A stretch of DNA of 63,714 nucleotides, filler included, from Octopus bimaculoides (taxonomy: Eukaryota): NCBI RefSeq assembly GCF_001194135.2. It is 3 parts of one record of this genome, joined end to end, with 100 filler letters (N's around TTAATTAATTAA, not from the genome) between each part and the next. Parts side by side here need not be neighbours in the genome. Positions count along the whole stretch, not along the records: positions 42,813 to 63,714 come from NC_068982.1; 2 more parts are not named here. The stretch is one strand, 5' to 3'. This document shows positions 49,913-63,504 of the stretch, one piece after another. The stretch's first letter is position 1; the number at the start of each line of letters is the position of its first letter. Made by a program: the position numbers and the translations under genes. The notes below the pieces were generated by a model. That model made no database searches, was not told where the DNA came from, and saw only the letters and a program-made list of their open reading frames with translations.

Positions 49913-50449
49913 ATACATACAAGAATGCATAACTGAATTCATAGTTGAAGTCGGAATTTAACCTCAGAGAGCAGACATCCAAAAGGTGCACTGTAAGGAA
50001 GACTCGATCTGATGTTCTCAAGTTGCAATCAAGATGGCGACTCTGCCAAGTCGCCATCTCGATTGTGGCATATTTACGTATAGACTATTTAGAATTAACT
50101 TAAATAAACATATGACTAGAATGTTTAAAATATCTGCAATAATATTTGCTCAATACAATAATTCTTAATGTTTACAATAAATTAAAACGTTTATTAAAAT
50201 CTTTTGAAGGAAATTAAAGCTGCGATACATAACACATATGTATATATTAACATAAGTTCAATGATTTACATACCTAAGATATGTTTTTAATCACAAAAAT
50301 ATACACTTTATAATGACTGAAACACTTTTAGTATTAAACATTGAGTCCAGTTTACGTTATAACTACATTTAAGGAAGATTTATAAAAAATGAACAAGATA
50401 ATTATTGCCCAAAATTCACCATGCATTATTTTCTGTGCTATAGTTGTGT

Positions 50450-51400
50450 CCCCTTCTTTATTAACTAGTTCACTTTTGAGCTTCAATCACTTTCAGGATT
50501 TTTTTTTTTTTTGCGTGTGTAAGCGGCCATGGCTTTGTCTAAAAACTGGAAAGTCTGAGATAAATATTTAGCTGTAAAAGTTCGTGATGTTTGTGCATCC
50601 TCACTCTTCATCTTCAGCACAGCGTTGTTCCATAACTGCGAAATCCTCGTTAGGTATTTTTTACCCCCTAAGATTCAAGTAACTCCACTAAATCTTCTTG
50701 ATATATTTCATTATATTCAGCCTAGTGTATCATCTCAGCAATCTTCTGATGAGCTTTCTCTATTGACTTTTCATTACCTGGAAGTCTGCAAAGCAATTTG
50801 GATAAATTTTACTTTGGATACGATTCACTGTTATTGCTTTCCCTCATCGTTATGCCATTATCAAATTTCCAGTGGCATTCATGATATGGCACCACGCTTA
50901 AATTCTTTTATAGTTGGTTTAATCTCCCCATGTAAGACCTCAAAGGATTGTTTAAAGGTGTGCTCGTAAGTAGTACGTTTTGAAGAATCTCTCAGCTCCT
51001 CACAGATGAATCAGAAAAGCTATTTAAAGGTTATTTGTGTAGTTATCCTTTTAGATGAGTAAACTGGAGCACTGACACAAAGAAGCAAAACCTTATTTTC
51101 AAGTTACGTAGTCTAGCAGCATTCTTTGACAGATGAGCAGAAACATGATATAAACCAATCTTAGAACTATGTTATTAGTAGGCCACTCCTTTTCATTTGA
51201 TTTCCATATTACATGAAGATGCGATTCAGAATATATTTTCAAATCTACTGGTATTCCAGAAAGATAAGCAGTGAGAACTCGAAGTATTTCCATTATGTAT
51301 GAGAGTCGTAATATTTTTGGCAGTCTGCAGGTTTTACTTCTTAGAAATGTAAGTACGTTGTGGCTTTCACTTCCAAAACAAGTTTGTCTGCATTAAAATT
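50450..51400 (-). mobile_element. pogo/Tigger transposase remnant
   Basis: LHVIWKSNEKEWPT, FKTYYLR and YQEDLVELLES in stop- and frameshift-ridden frames. Confidence 0.7.
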
Positions 51401-53814
51401 TTGCTGTGGTGTGTATCATTTGCGAATGATACACACCACTTTTCAGTAAAGCTGGGAACAGCTGCAGTCTTTGTCGATGCTTGCAGACACTTCTGTTATC
51501 TGTGTGTGATGCAATTTTGAGCGATTCTTGAAACACACAAACTGATCACAACTTACTACGAAGCACTTGAACCTTGTGTTTTGTTTAGGTTATTAAGTAT
51601 AGTTAAAGCTCTTTCATTTGTATGGCACGTAGCTAACATAAAGAGTTACATCGGTATATGTTATCTATCCAGATATTTAAAAGCTTTTCTATATTTTCCA
51701 TTATGCTAGTTATATTCCCAGCTAATTTTGTAGCAGCTATAAACATTACACTTTGAGCAAAACTTTCATTCTTTTCGTCATTCTTGTGAATTTTTCGTTA
51801 AGTTGTTAGTTGCAGATCAAGAGATCTTCTGGTAGCCAATGTGCTGACCAACGTCGAATCTCCATAAAACTTCTAATTTTCGAATTTTACATCATCTCTT
51901 TCTTTATATTCACAGACAGAAAGACAGCAGTAATGCGTAGTCCATGTTTAGACACCTTTACTACAGGGGCAAATCAAGAAATAAATATTTACAAAGCAAA
52001 AATTGTAAGGTGCGCGTTTCCCCATTACTTGCTTCAAAAGTAATAACAAAAATTGGTTAGATTTGAATCTGGCAAACTTCGTAATATTTCGCCGTTCAAT
52101 TGCTTTGATTTAATCTTTACATTTGATCTCTCTTGGTTTATTTATTTACCTACCCGAACTGAAATAATGATTTTTGATATCTTGCCCTAATGGCCAGTAT
52201 AAAGGTAAATTATTATTGGAAAATCGCAAAAGAAACATTCTGCACGCATTACGCATAAGTTTGTTTTAATATGTATTTAAAAAAACAAAACAAAACAATT
52301 TCACGCTTTAGTTTTTCAGTGTCTATTTTTATAGTTTAGATATTGTCGTACCTTGAAAGAATTATATCTCTATGAAGTAGAAGTTAGGCGTATAATGATT
52401 GTATCTTAGGTGATGTGTGTGAAATATAAAAAAATATTAAATGACTGGTATCATATTCCATCCTTCCATTATTTTTTTCGTTGAGAAATATGATTAAAAG
52501 AGTGGCTCTCAGTGTTGAATTACGCCGTTATCTTTGAGTATCGGCATTGAAAGGCCTATATTCTGGGTGTACTACGTGAGCACCACCCACTCACCAAAGA
52601 TGGTTAATTTATAATAAATATTAATCTCAATACTATAATCATGGATTATGTTAGGAAGTTTACTTTGGTGTCCCCTATTACGAAATATTGTGAAAGATGT
52701 TGGTAGGCAGTACATCACTACATAACTAGTGTATCAGGATATATACTGGATGCATGACAGAGTGATGGGAATGTGACACATATAAACACTGAAGGCTAGT
52801 AACATTGCTTTATCATACGTACTATTATCCTTTTATACACTAAGGCGGCGAGTTGGCGAACAAGATGCTTAGTGGCATATCTTTTGGTTTTAGCTTCTGA
52901 GTTCAAATTCTACTGAGGTCATCTTTGTCTTTCATCCTCCCGGGGTCGATAAAATAAGTGCCGATCGAGCACTGGGGTCGATGTAATCGACTAGCCTTCT
53001 CCCAACAATTTTCAGGCCTTATGTTTACAGCAGAAAGTATTATTCTTTTATACACTCCCACCTAAGAAATATACACCTTTTCTTCCAGTTCTCTGCATAT
53101 CCTAACTTGCTGAAGATGCTAATGATTTTGAACAAGTACCTCTTCAACAGGGATCACTAACTTGTTAAAGTTGGTAAAATAAAATGCATGTTTCTGCTAA
53201 GTGTTACCTTCTCGATTCACCCTACAAATCAATGTAAAATTGTAGTCTGGAATAAATCATACCAATAAAGCTACTTGGGCGAAGTTCAGGTGACAGGAGG
53301 ACCGTCGTGATTAGCTCACTGCTTGCATTCATTCACCACTCTTCCTCTCCAATTCTTTCTATCTATATTCAGCCTGTTATTTATATGACTTGCTTTTTCT
53401 TATTCATTTTTTTTCTCATTTCTCTCTATAAAACTATCTTTCGAGTGTGAAGTTGTGTGCATATATTCGCTGGAATTTTATAAACTAAATCTGATTTTCT
53501 TTATGATATTTCTGTTCTTGCATTAATTTGTTTCGATACCTAGTAATACACACTCAGAAATATTTTAAGTCAGGTCGAAGTAAACTAAAGTTTGTATATT
53601 TATTTTTCATTAATCATTAAGTCAGATTTGTAGTTTCAGCACGGTTGTGCAGTGAAACTAGCACAATGCTCAGCGTACTCATCGTAGCACAACTTTTGTT
53701 GCCCTGCAAATTTCATTGATATTTCAGGGATTAGGTACTTTTCAGCCTTGTATTTTACATCATAACTTTAAGGGGAAAGTAATAATCTAAAGGAATCTAT
53801 TTACTGTCTATTTA

Positions 53815-54045
53815 AGGCGATGAACTGGCCGAATCGTTAGCACGCCGGGCGAAATGCTTAGCGGTATTTCGTCTGTCTCTACGTTCTGAGTTCAAATTCC
53901 GTCGTGGTCGATTTTGCCTTTCATCTTTTCGGGGTCGATTAAATAAGTACCAGTTACTCACTGGGTCGATATAATCGACTTAATCCGTTTGTCTGTCCTT
54001 GTTTGTCCCCTCTGTGTGTAGCCCCTTGTGGGCAGTAAAGAAATA
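53815..54045 (+). mobile_element. SINE family B subfamily with ...TTTGTCTGTCCTTGTTTGTCCCC...AAAGAAATA tail; CpG-intact
   Basis: Near-identical copies at 62448-62680 (+) and 25700-25930 (-). Confidence 0.9.
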
Positions 54046-54319
54046 GAAATCTATTTACTGTCATAAAATTAGATCTATCTATCTAACTGTTTGTATGTCT
54101 AAATATACATATGAGCGTATATGTATTCAAGTCAACGATTCGGCCGAACCGTTAGAGCATCAATGCAATTCCATACGCTATTTGTTTAGGTACTATGGAG
54201 TCCTAAATCAAAATCTCGTCGAGGTTTAATATTTATAAATTTTTCAGACCTCTTGATTTAGAGAGCAACATATGCGTTTAGGACTTGAACTAGAAGTTAT
54301 GAATCACTCTAAGAATTTT

Positions 54320-55636
54320 AAAATGATTATGGCTTCCAATACGCACTCAATTGACAGATGTTAAATATAACTCCGTTGGAACCCAACCAGTCAGCCACTG
54401 CAACTGCTACCCCACCGGCATACCAGCCATCAGAACGCTCAAACCAGTTGTAGGTGTAACCTTCGGGTGAAATGTCACCCTCCCTGATAGGGCCGCCATA
54501 GCAACTCGCAAACAACCGAGTTCCAAAGACATCAGTGGAAGACGGGAATGACCCTTCAGAAGTTCTCCACCCGAATAGGCTTCAGGTGGGCCGGGAAGTG
54601 CTTCTCAGGATTCTGGAACTGCGAATCATTGCTTTTCAATTGAATGGGCTCATGATGACATTGTACACTGGAACAGTCACTGCTGTTTGGGTTGGGGGCT
54701 CAACATTTGTCCTTTTCCCAGTTATATCTGGGGTCCATCAGGGTTGTGTCTTGGTTTCCACTCTGTTCAATGCCTGCATGGATTAAGTTGTAGTGCACTC
54801 ATTAGTGAAACTAGGATTATAGACTTAGATTTTGCTGATGACGAAGTTATTCTTGCTGAGTCTATAAATGGCTTAAGAAGCGCACTACTTTCACTGAAGG
54901 AGGAGGCAAAACCACTTGATCTCAGAGTCTCTTGGGTCAAGATAAAATTCCAGTCCTTCGTTGGCTTCTTGGTGGACTCCATCGCGTCTGTCTCTGATGC
55001 GGGTGAGAATGTCGAAGTTGCTGACAGCTTCACCTATCTTGGTAGTGAGATTCACAGCGGCATTATCCGCGAGTGAGAAGTCCTAAAATGACTTGGATGA
55101 GCCAGCGCAGTTGTGGATTCGTTGGACAAGGTTGTTTTGCGATTCCGATATCTGTGCAGGAGGACAAAAGTTCGGGTTTTCAGGTCTCTAATCTTCCTGG
55201 TCTTGCTCTATAGTTGTGAGACTTGGATACTGTCCAGGGCCCTTAAGAAACGCCTGAGCCGCTTTGGCACCGGAACGCTTCGCAGGATTATGGGTTCCTA
55301 TTGGTCAGATTTTGTATACGACCAACGACTCAACTCAGAAACTGGGTTGCGTCCTGTTACTTGTATGATTCGGGAGCACCAGCTCAGACCATTTGAGCAT
55401 GATGCTCGAATTTCTGAGTTAGACCCTGCTTACCGTGTTCTTTTGACAGAGGATCTAGCTGAGTAGACAGCTCGTGTTGGTCGACCACCTGCAACATGGT
55501 CACGGCAGATGGAGAAGTATCTCGTAGAGACGGTGACCGACTGGGACTCTGCTCGTCGGGACGCTTGAGAATATACCGGGAATTGGTGCATGCAGTAACG
55601 CGCTGCAACGGCAAATGCTCCCACACCTGATCTGAT
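54320..55636 (+). mobile_element. RTE-clade LINE: RT and C-terminus on plus (54605-55636) with an inverted endonuclease segment on minus (54320-54605)
   Basis: Plus: GVHQGCVL..LFNACMD, DLDFADD, FTYLGS, LLYSCETW, LRRIMG. Minus: EGYTYNWFERSDG..AGGVAVAV (AP-endonuclease N-terminus). Confidence 0.85.
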
Positions 55637-56299
55637 ATGTACTCTGCTCCGTCGCTTCAATAAAAATTGAGAATATGGTCACTTTTGACTATTGATCTAG
55701 TATTTTCGTATTCACGTTGGCACTGTTGCTATATGATTGCACCTTACAGTTTCTTTCTAAAGAATTCATGATTAATTGAGCAGTATCTTTCCATGTGCAT
55801 TTGCTGTAATCTGAGAAGATAAATCTTTCCTCTGCCTCACACTCAAATATTTCAACAAAAATCTCAGCTTAGCGTGGGAGGAATCTGGAGCTGTATCCAC
55901 AACAGCAACAAAATATTTTCAAATCCCCTTTCCAGCAAAATCTGTTGCTTTTCAAAGTTAGATCATTTTGAGAAACTAATCCTGTGACCCGGGGGATAAG
56001 TATTGAATTTGAAGGTGTTCACCATCTTTTGGTTTCCTACCTGCAGCTTATGTTGTATCTATAGCAGATTTGAGAAGTCTCTTTATTATGGATCTCCGAT
56101 TCGAAGTGTTGATCCACGAAACGCTAAAGCACGTTTCTCTACAGAAAAGAAACGAATAAAAAACAGAAAAATCATATGCATCAAACAATGCGGCAGTTTA
56201 CTGCTTCAAATCAGATTGTTGCTTCTAATAAAGAGTTAACTCCTTCCCTGATGAAAGACGTCTTTGAAGCTCTCTCCAAGCTATATAGTGTTTCTTGTG

Positions 56300-57200
56300 G
56301 TTATTGCCTCTTTTACCTTCGGAGACCCTAACACTTAGTTTTCACCACTCTACTCTAGGTGGCCAATTTTTAGTTGATGCTATTTCAGTACTTGAAATTT
56401 TAGTACTTAGTAGTATAGTGGAAAAGTCAACATAGCAAACAATATAACGTTTCTTTTGCTTGCAATGACACTAATCACTCTAGTGTGATGCTGTATCAGT
56501 ACCCTCATATGTCAAGATAGTTTCTAGAAAAGTTCATTGTATAAGTCCGCTAGGAATTATTTATAGTAGTGAAATGTAGCCATTGGTAACTCTTCTATTT
56601 CTACTTGAGAAAGAAATTAATTTGTAATACATCCACTGCCAAGGCCAGCGGGTATGTTTCCATTCATCCTGTCAGAATGCAATTGTTTGTATAAATGTGT
56701 TTTTACCAATCATTTTGCATTGCATTTGCATTATAAAGCATTTTACCCGTTGTTTTATAGAACAAGAATTATCCATAAAAGTAATGCTTTCTTTCATGTT
56801 TAGCAGTAAGATATCTCGTACATAAGCACATTGGTTTTGTAATGCTTGTATCAGTTGATTCATCAGTCAGTAACAAGTATTTTGAAAACTCAGACAAGTT
56901 CTTGCAAAATGACATCTTTGATAAGACACCTGTATTTTACTCAATGTAATTTAACCTTTCTAAGTACACTCCCATTACTGTTATCTGTGATTAGGTTTAA
57001 TTTGGTACCTACCGATCGAAATCTGCAATAATATGCTCTGGCTGCGCTATATTGAATTTCAAATGTTTTGCCTCAGTATTTTGGAGTACTAACTTTCACA
57101 AACATGTTTGAAATTGTTCAATTATCAGACTTTTTTCTACACTTTGCTCAGATAGATTGGATTTATATAAGTGCATTTGTGCATAGTCACAATACTTGCA
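56300..57200 (-). mobile_element. hAT transposase remnant
   Basis: LLTDESTDTSITKPMCLCTRY (first catalytic D region, ~56810-56875) and downstream LALAV. Confidence 0.6.
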
Positions 57201-57289
57201 TGCTGCACTATTATTTTTCCAAATAAGTCACATCGATCAAGCTGGAGGAAAAGCTGCTAAGCATTTTATCCGTCGCGCAAACTATTCTG

Positions 57290-57730
57290 CCAATACTACT
57301 AATAATAGTTTCAAGTTATAACATAAAGCCAGCAATTTCGGGGGAGGGGATAGATAAGTCGATTACATCGACCCCAGAGTTCAACTTGTACTTATTTTAC
57401 CGACCTCGAAAAGATGAAAGGCAAAGTTGACCTCGACAAAATTTGAACTCAGGACGTAAAGAGCCGGAAGAAATGACGTTAAGCATTTTGTCCGAGGGGC
57501 TAAAGATTCTGCCAACCCCCTACTTTCATAGTAATAGTAATTTTTTCTATTATAGGCACAAGGTCTGAAATCTGGGGGTGAAGCTAGTCGATTATATCAG
57601 CTTTAGAGCTCAAGTGATACTTTACTTTTATCTGCCTCAAAACTATGAAAGGCAAAGTTGACCTCGGTGGCATTTGAACTCTGAACGTAAAACCTGATGA
57701 AACGCAAAGCTTTTTGTCCGGCATGCTAAG
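57290..57730 (-). mobile_element. Two SINE family B copies
   Basis: Family B core and head motifs in reverse orientation. Confidence 0.8.
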
Positions 57731-59159
57731 GTTAGCAATAACAACAAACAACAATGCATGTTTGAATAATTTCCAGTGTTTTCAATTGTAAAATTAGCTA
57801 TTTGGGGGTTAAGTCTGGCAATTAAGAATATTAGGGGTTTGCTAATATTCTGTTGGCGCAGTTACCTCCCTTGACGGAGTAGCGTGTTACCTTAGAATTC
57901 TGGGACTTGTCTCTCTCTCCTTTTCACTGCGGCTTACAGCGAGAAAGATGTGATTTCCTCAGCTCTTAATCTCAACTTGGAGAGATGCACAACCATGAGA
58001 CAAGCAACGGCAAGTAGACATTAAGCTATTATGACTTGGATTCCACTGAAGATGAACATGTAAATATTCTATATTTACTTATTCTACTAGCACATATCTG
58101 AGACTTCAAATAAAAGGCTTAAAATCTACAGCTTGGTCCTGAGATGTTCAATACACGGTGTTCTTTCTTCGCGAAGTGATATCTTCTTTTCCAGCCTTCT
58201 GAGCAGAGCCGTCATTTACATGGTTCTGCCATGCTAGGCCACAGCACATCTAAAATTCTTTCAGTATGCAAGCAAGGGAGACAACAGCAAGATCTTCTGA
58301 ATATATCGACTTCATTAGCGAAAAACTTATCTTTCACTTCAGTTTGCTGGCAATGTTGTCAAATGTTACATGATGCCTCTATATATGCATTAGAGGTACC
58401 GAAAAGCAAAATGTCACATTTCATATAAGGAGTTCAAATCAACGTAAAACACATTTATTCATTCAAAAGATAATTGCCATCGTTAGCAATAAAACTTTTG
58501 CACCCCCGTCAGAAAACAAAAACAAAAAAATTAGATACTTTAGAAGAGAAAAATGTTTGTAGTGCTGTTTCGATATTGTCCTTGTTTCTCAATGTTTTTC
58601 TACTAGCAAAAGTGTTCAAGTATCTGAAAAGGTGAAAAATTTGATGCTAGGTCTGGTAAGCTTCCAGATTAACGAATAAATCATATCCTTAGTTATCATT
58701 ACTGAATGTGGCCTTGCCGTATCATGTCACAGGGTGACTGTTTTTTCCCTTGTCTCTACACTTTCTCAATTTCAGATGATCTTGCACACGAGACCAAGGC
58801 AGATTAGACCTCCCGAGATAAAGTCCTCGATACGCTGACAAGGACACTTTTCAATTGCTGTTTTCTTTGCATCATTATTGAAAACAGCTGGTCTTACTGA
58901 TCGATAACCATTCAAAAGATCGAAATCACCGTTTTGAATCTGGCCTTTCCAAACACTCATCCCGTCAGGATATACACTACATATGTCTTCTTTGCACGTG
59001 TTGCACTGTCACCCTTAAAAAAATTCACTTGGCATGCGATTTCACTATGCAGTCACTGAAGTCCTTGTTTTCCATGGGCTATCACATAGAACATATATAC
59101 ACAGCACTTGTCCATGTAAATGTTTGGCCGTGGTCATTAATCTTTCTCTGCACACGACA

Positions 59160-60585
59160 AAACTGATCAACAATGAGGCGGAAATCCCAAAGTGGTTGAC
59201 CACAAGTGAAACAGCTGTTTGCCAAAATGATCCCAGTAAAGGTAGTGCGGTGGATAATTACCTGCCTATCTTCTGCCCGCCCCTGATGTGGAAGTTGATG
59301 ACAAGAATAATATCTAATTATGTGTATAACTTTCTGGAAATGAATGACAAGCTGTCAGTGGAACAGAAGGGATGCAAGAGGAAAAGCCGAAGGACAAAAT
59401 ATTAACTTCTGATAGACAGAATGGTGCTGAGCGACTGCTTGAAAAGGTATACTAACCTACCTGGGTTTGGTGTGGATCGATTATAAGAAAGCATATGACA
59501 TGGTTCCTCATTCTTGGATTTTAGAAAGTCTGGTGTTGGCACAGGTCTCTGATAACATCTTAAATTTTATCAATGAAGAACTGGAATACAGAATTAACAG
59601 CATGTGGACAATTAACATCATGTGGACATCAAAAGAAGCATACTTCAGGGAGATATCCTATTACCATTACTGTTAGTGGTTTGTATGATACCCCTCACAC
59701 AGATACTACGGAAAGGGGTATCGGGGTACACCTTGAAAAATGGAGAAAAATTATATCATCTGTTATATATGGATGACTTAAAAATCTTCGTGGAGACCGA
59801 ACGTGAAATAAATGGTCTGACCTCAGTACAGATACTCAATAAGAATATTAAAATGGAATTTGGGACTAAAAGGTGTGGTATGCTTACAATACAAAAAGAC
59901 AAAGGGGTGTCGTCTGTTGGTGTAGAACTACCCAACGGTGAGAAAATCAAAGATGTTGAGACTGACGGCTATAAGTATCTGGGTATCTTAGAGTATAACA
60001 AAATCAAGAAGAATGAGATGAAGCAAAGCTTTAGACGAGCATATCTCAGAACCAAATTAACTATGGGAAGTAGACACAATAGAAAGAACAAGATTAGGGA
60101 ATAAACACATGGACTGTTTCCTCAGTCCGATACGGCGCAGTCCGATACGGACAAAAAGTGAGCTGGAGAAAATGGATAGAAGGACCAGGAAAGTGATGAC
60201 AGTTAAGAAGGAACTGCACCACAAAAGTGATATTGATTGACTGTTTGTGCCTAGGAACAAGGGAGGAAGAGGCCTCATATGATGCAAGATATGTATTGCC
60301 AACGAGAAGAGCAGTCTGGGATGGTGCTTTAAACAGCAGAGTGAATCCTTGCTTGCTGCTGTTAGAAATAATAACACGATACCTACCGAAAATGTGACGC
60401 ACTCATAAACATTTAAGAAACAAAATGAGAAACAAAGAATAAACAAGTGAAAAATGAAAACCATGCACGCGTAATACATCAGAGAAATCGAAGAGAAAGA
60501 CAAGACTAACACCTGGATATGGTTAAGAAAAAGTGATCTGAAAGGATGCACTGAGGCACAGTGAACAAGCCTTGAGAACTAATTA
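59160..60585 (+). mobile_element. R4/Dong-like RT region with multiple frameshifts, cut by a SINE tail
   Basis: IPKWLTT, EQKGC, WIDYKKAYDMVPHSWI, ILQGD.L.PLL.V.CMIPL, HLLYMDDLK, MEFG..RC, YKYLGILE. Confidence 0.9.
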
Positions 60586-60589
60586 CACC

Positions 60590-60770
60590 AATACTGGTGT
60601 GTTTACGTCCCCGTAACTTTGCGGTTCGGCAAAAGAGACCGATAGAATAAGTACTAGGTTTCCAAAGAATAAATCCTGGGGTCGATTTGCTCGACTAAAG
60701 GCGGTGCTCCAGCATGGTCGCAGTCAAATGACTGAAACAAGTAAAAGAGTAAAAGAGTAAAAGAGTAAAT
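60590..60770 (+). mobile_element. SINE family A tail with (TAAAAGAG)n end
   Basis: CTGGTGTGTTTACGTCCCCGTAAC...GGCGGTGCTCCAGCATGG...GTAAAAGAGTAAAAGAG. Confidence 0.85.
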
Positions 60771-61039
60771 TCACCTCTGGAAAGAGGGGCGTTTTGCTCA
60801 TCCTTAAACAACCCTTATTCGGAGACCTTTTGAGCGGGATGGACTACTCGACCTAAAGAAAGTTCTAATTGGGCTCCACCTGCAAGGCTGTGTATCTCAA
60901 TATGAGATCACCATGTCGTGCAAATATGGTTGTGATGTATGTGCCTGGTGTACCCTTATCGGACGGGTAGTCATGGTGGGTATACTGGGCTTCGCAGCGT
61001 CACTTTGATGGTATGCGCTGCTTTCTTACTCACTACTAA

Positions 61040-61235
61040 TATTAATAACAATTTCGGGAGAGGGGTAAGTCGATTCCATCAACCAGTATTCAACTGGTAC
61101 TTATTTTATCGACTCTGAAAGGATGAAAGGGAAAGTCGACCTTGGCGGAATTCGAACTCAGAACGTAAAGTCAGATAAAATGCCGCTAAGCATTTTGCCC
61201 GGCGTGCTAACGATTCTGCCAACTCACCGCCGCCT

Positions 61236-61285
<50 letters not shown>
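61040..61285 (-). mobile_element. SINE family B followed by (CTA)n
   Basis: Full family B in reverse, ending CTGCCAACTCACCGCC. Confidence 0.85.
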
Positions 61286-62198
61286 AATTTATTTTGGCAG
61301 AAGCCAAATAGTTTTTGAGGGAGGCGAATTAGTCAAAACCCTTCGACCCCCCCCCCTATATGACTGGTACATTATTATCGTTCTGAAAAGGATAGAAAGT
61401 AAAGTTGACCTCAGCAGGATCTGAAATAATAATAACAATAATACGCGTAATCGCCCAAATTATACTTGGACAATTAAACTTATACCCGTTTCTACTGAAA
61501 TACGTAAACAATAGAACATTCGTACGCAAACAGCTAAAATTCTGCGTATATATTCTCAGGAATCAATTAACAAAACAATGTGTTAGGGTTTCCACGAAAC
61601 ACTAAGTTAGTGAAAGTATTATAAGCTCAGCGAACTAAACGATCTGTCAGTATGTCCTAGAATTTGAGACATAGTGAAAGTAGGATAGCGGCTAATTACG
61701 TTTGATGTAAACATTAGGATACGGGATGGAGAAACGTTGAGATGATAGTGATAACCAGCGGAAGATTTGTCAGCAGCTTTTAGCAGTTCGAAAGGCTGTA
61801 TAAAGGCTTCGAACTTTAGATTGTATAGGTGTGAGGGAATGAAAGTGACGTAGCACCGTTTCTGCCAGTTAACCGGTCAAATGTATTACGCATGTTTGTA
61901 GGGGACGAGTATGGTTGATGGATTAAATCTGTTTTCTTTTTTTTCTTTTGATGGCTACAAATGGTGTACTCAGCTGCGCCTTGTGGTAATCACCGCGATG
62001 CCGTTGCCGCGGAGAAGGGCTGCAGCAGTTACTCCACCTCGCGGGGTTCATTTCTCAGACGAGCCGCCAATATCTCGGTTTTGCAGAGGAAATCGGTGGT
62101 ATGAGGTCCAAGAACATTCTCAGTATGTAACCGGTATTCGTTTTACTGACCCCCGAGGACATTATATGTCAAAGGATTTCCTCTAGCGTAATGACTAT

Positions 62199-62273
<75 letters not shown>

Positions 62274-62447
62274 AAGAGAAAGAGAGAAGGAGAAAGAAAA
62301 AGAGAAAGAGAGAAAGAAGGAAAGATCAAGTGAGAAAGGGAAAGAAAGAAGTACTGGGGTTGATCCATTGCACTGGAAAATTCTTCAAGGCGATGCCCCA
62401 GTATAGCCGTAGTTTAATGACTGAAACAATACTATACGTTCACTAAA

Positions 62448-62762
62448 GCGGTGAGCTAGCAAAAACGTTAGCACGCCCGGCGAAATCCTTAGCGGTATTT
62501 CGTCTGTCTTTACGTTGCGTTCAAATTCTGCCGAGGTCGACTTTGCCTTTCATCCTTTCGGGGTCGATTAAATAAGTACCAGTTACGTTACGCACTAGGG
62601 TCGATATAATCGACTTAATCTGTTTGTCTGTCCTTGTTTGTTCCCTCTGTGTGTAGCCCCCTGTGGGCAGTAAAGAAATAAAAAAAAACATTAGCACGCC
62701 GGGCGAAATGCTTAGCGCTATTTCGTCTGCCGTTATATTCTGAGTTCAAATTCCGCCGAGGT
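62448..62762 (+). mobile_element. Tandem SINE family B copies, the second running into a gap
   Basis: GCGGTGAGCTAGC...TTAGCACGCCCGGCGAAAT...; second head at 62690-62762. Confidence 0.85.
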
Positions 62763-62945
62763 NNNNNNNNNNNNNNNNNNNNNNNNNNNNNNNNNNNNNN
62801 NNNNNNNNNNNNNNNNNNNNNNNNNNNNNNNNNNNNNNNNNNNNNNNNNNNNNNNNNNNNNNNNNNNNNNNNNNNNNNNNNNNNNNNNNNNNNNNNNNNN
62901 NNNNNNNNNNNNNNNNNNNNNNNNNNNNNNNNNNAAAAATTGTCT

Positions 62946-63203
62946 TATTTCGATAATTTCAACCAATCACTGACAAGTATTCAGTTGTTTACATTTATTC
63001 CTTTGGCTGATTAAGCGGTGTAAAGCGTATTTAATTTCCATAGCTTCGTTTTGCTTTTTTCTTTTTAAATTTGCTGTTTTACCCTAACCCTAACCCTAAC
63101 CCTATCACCCATAGAATTGTTTCAGAAGCGTTTGTTTATGTAGTCGGCACTTAATGTATATCGGCTGAATGGACGTCAGTGATTGGTTGAAATTACAGAA
63201 ATA
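62946..63203. mobile_element. MITE with ~39-bp TIRs and internal (CCCTAA)3-4
   Basis: TATTTCGATAATTTCAACCAATCACTGACAAGTATTCAG versus the reverse complement of CTGAATGGACGTCAGTGATTGGTTGAAATTACAGAAATA; telomere-like repeat at 63082-63104. Confidence 0.75.
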
Positions 63204-63504
63204 CAACTTTAACTTTTATATGACACATTCTACCAGTGTTCCAAGTTTCAAAGTGTTTCGTTAATGAAAAATGTGGCCCCCGTTTTAAAAAAGATCCAAA
63301 TTAAGTACCAGTTGCCTACTGGGGTAGATCTAATCGACTGGCACCTTCTCCACAAAATTTCGAGCCTTGTACCTAGAGTAGAAAAGAATATTATACACAC
63401 ACACACAAATCAATTTACGGAGTGACAGGCGAGCGTAAGATACAAGTATAAACATGTAACATAGACACACAAGCCTATGTACGAGCGCGCGCGTTTTATA
63501 TTCT

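Noticed and set aside
56245-56275. CTGATGAAAGACGTCTTTGAAG, hammerhead-like
   Set aside because: GAAG instead of GAAA and no stems I or III. Similar CTGATGA hits at 50747, 54835 and 56860 lie in transposon coding remnants.
58150-58400. Possible second hAT remnant (..NDGSA..)
   Set aside because: Similarity too weak to support a call.
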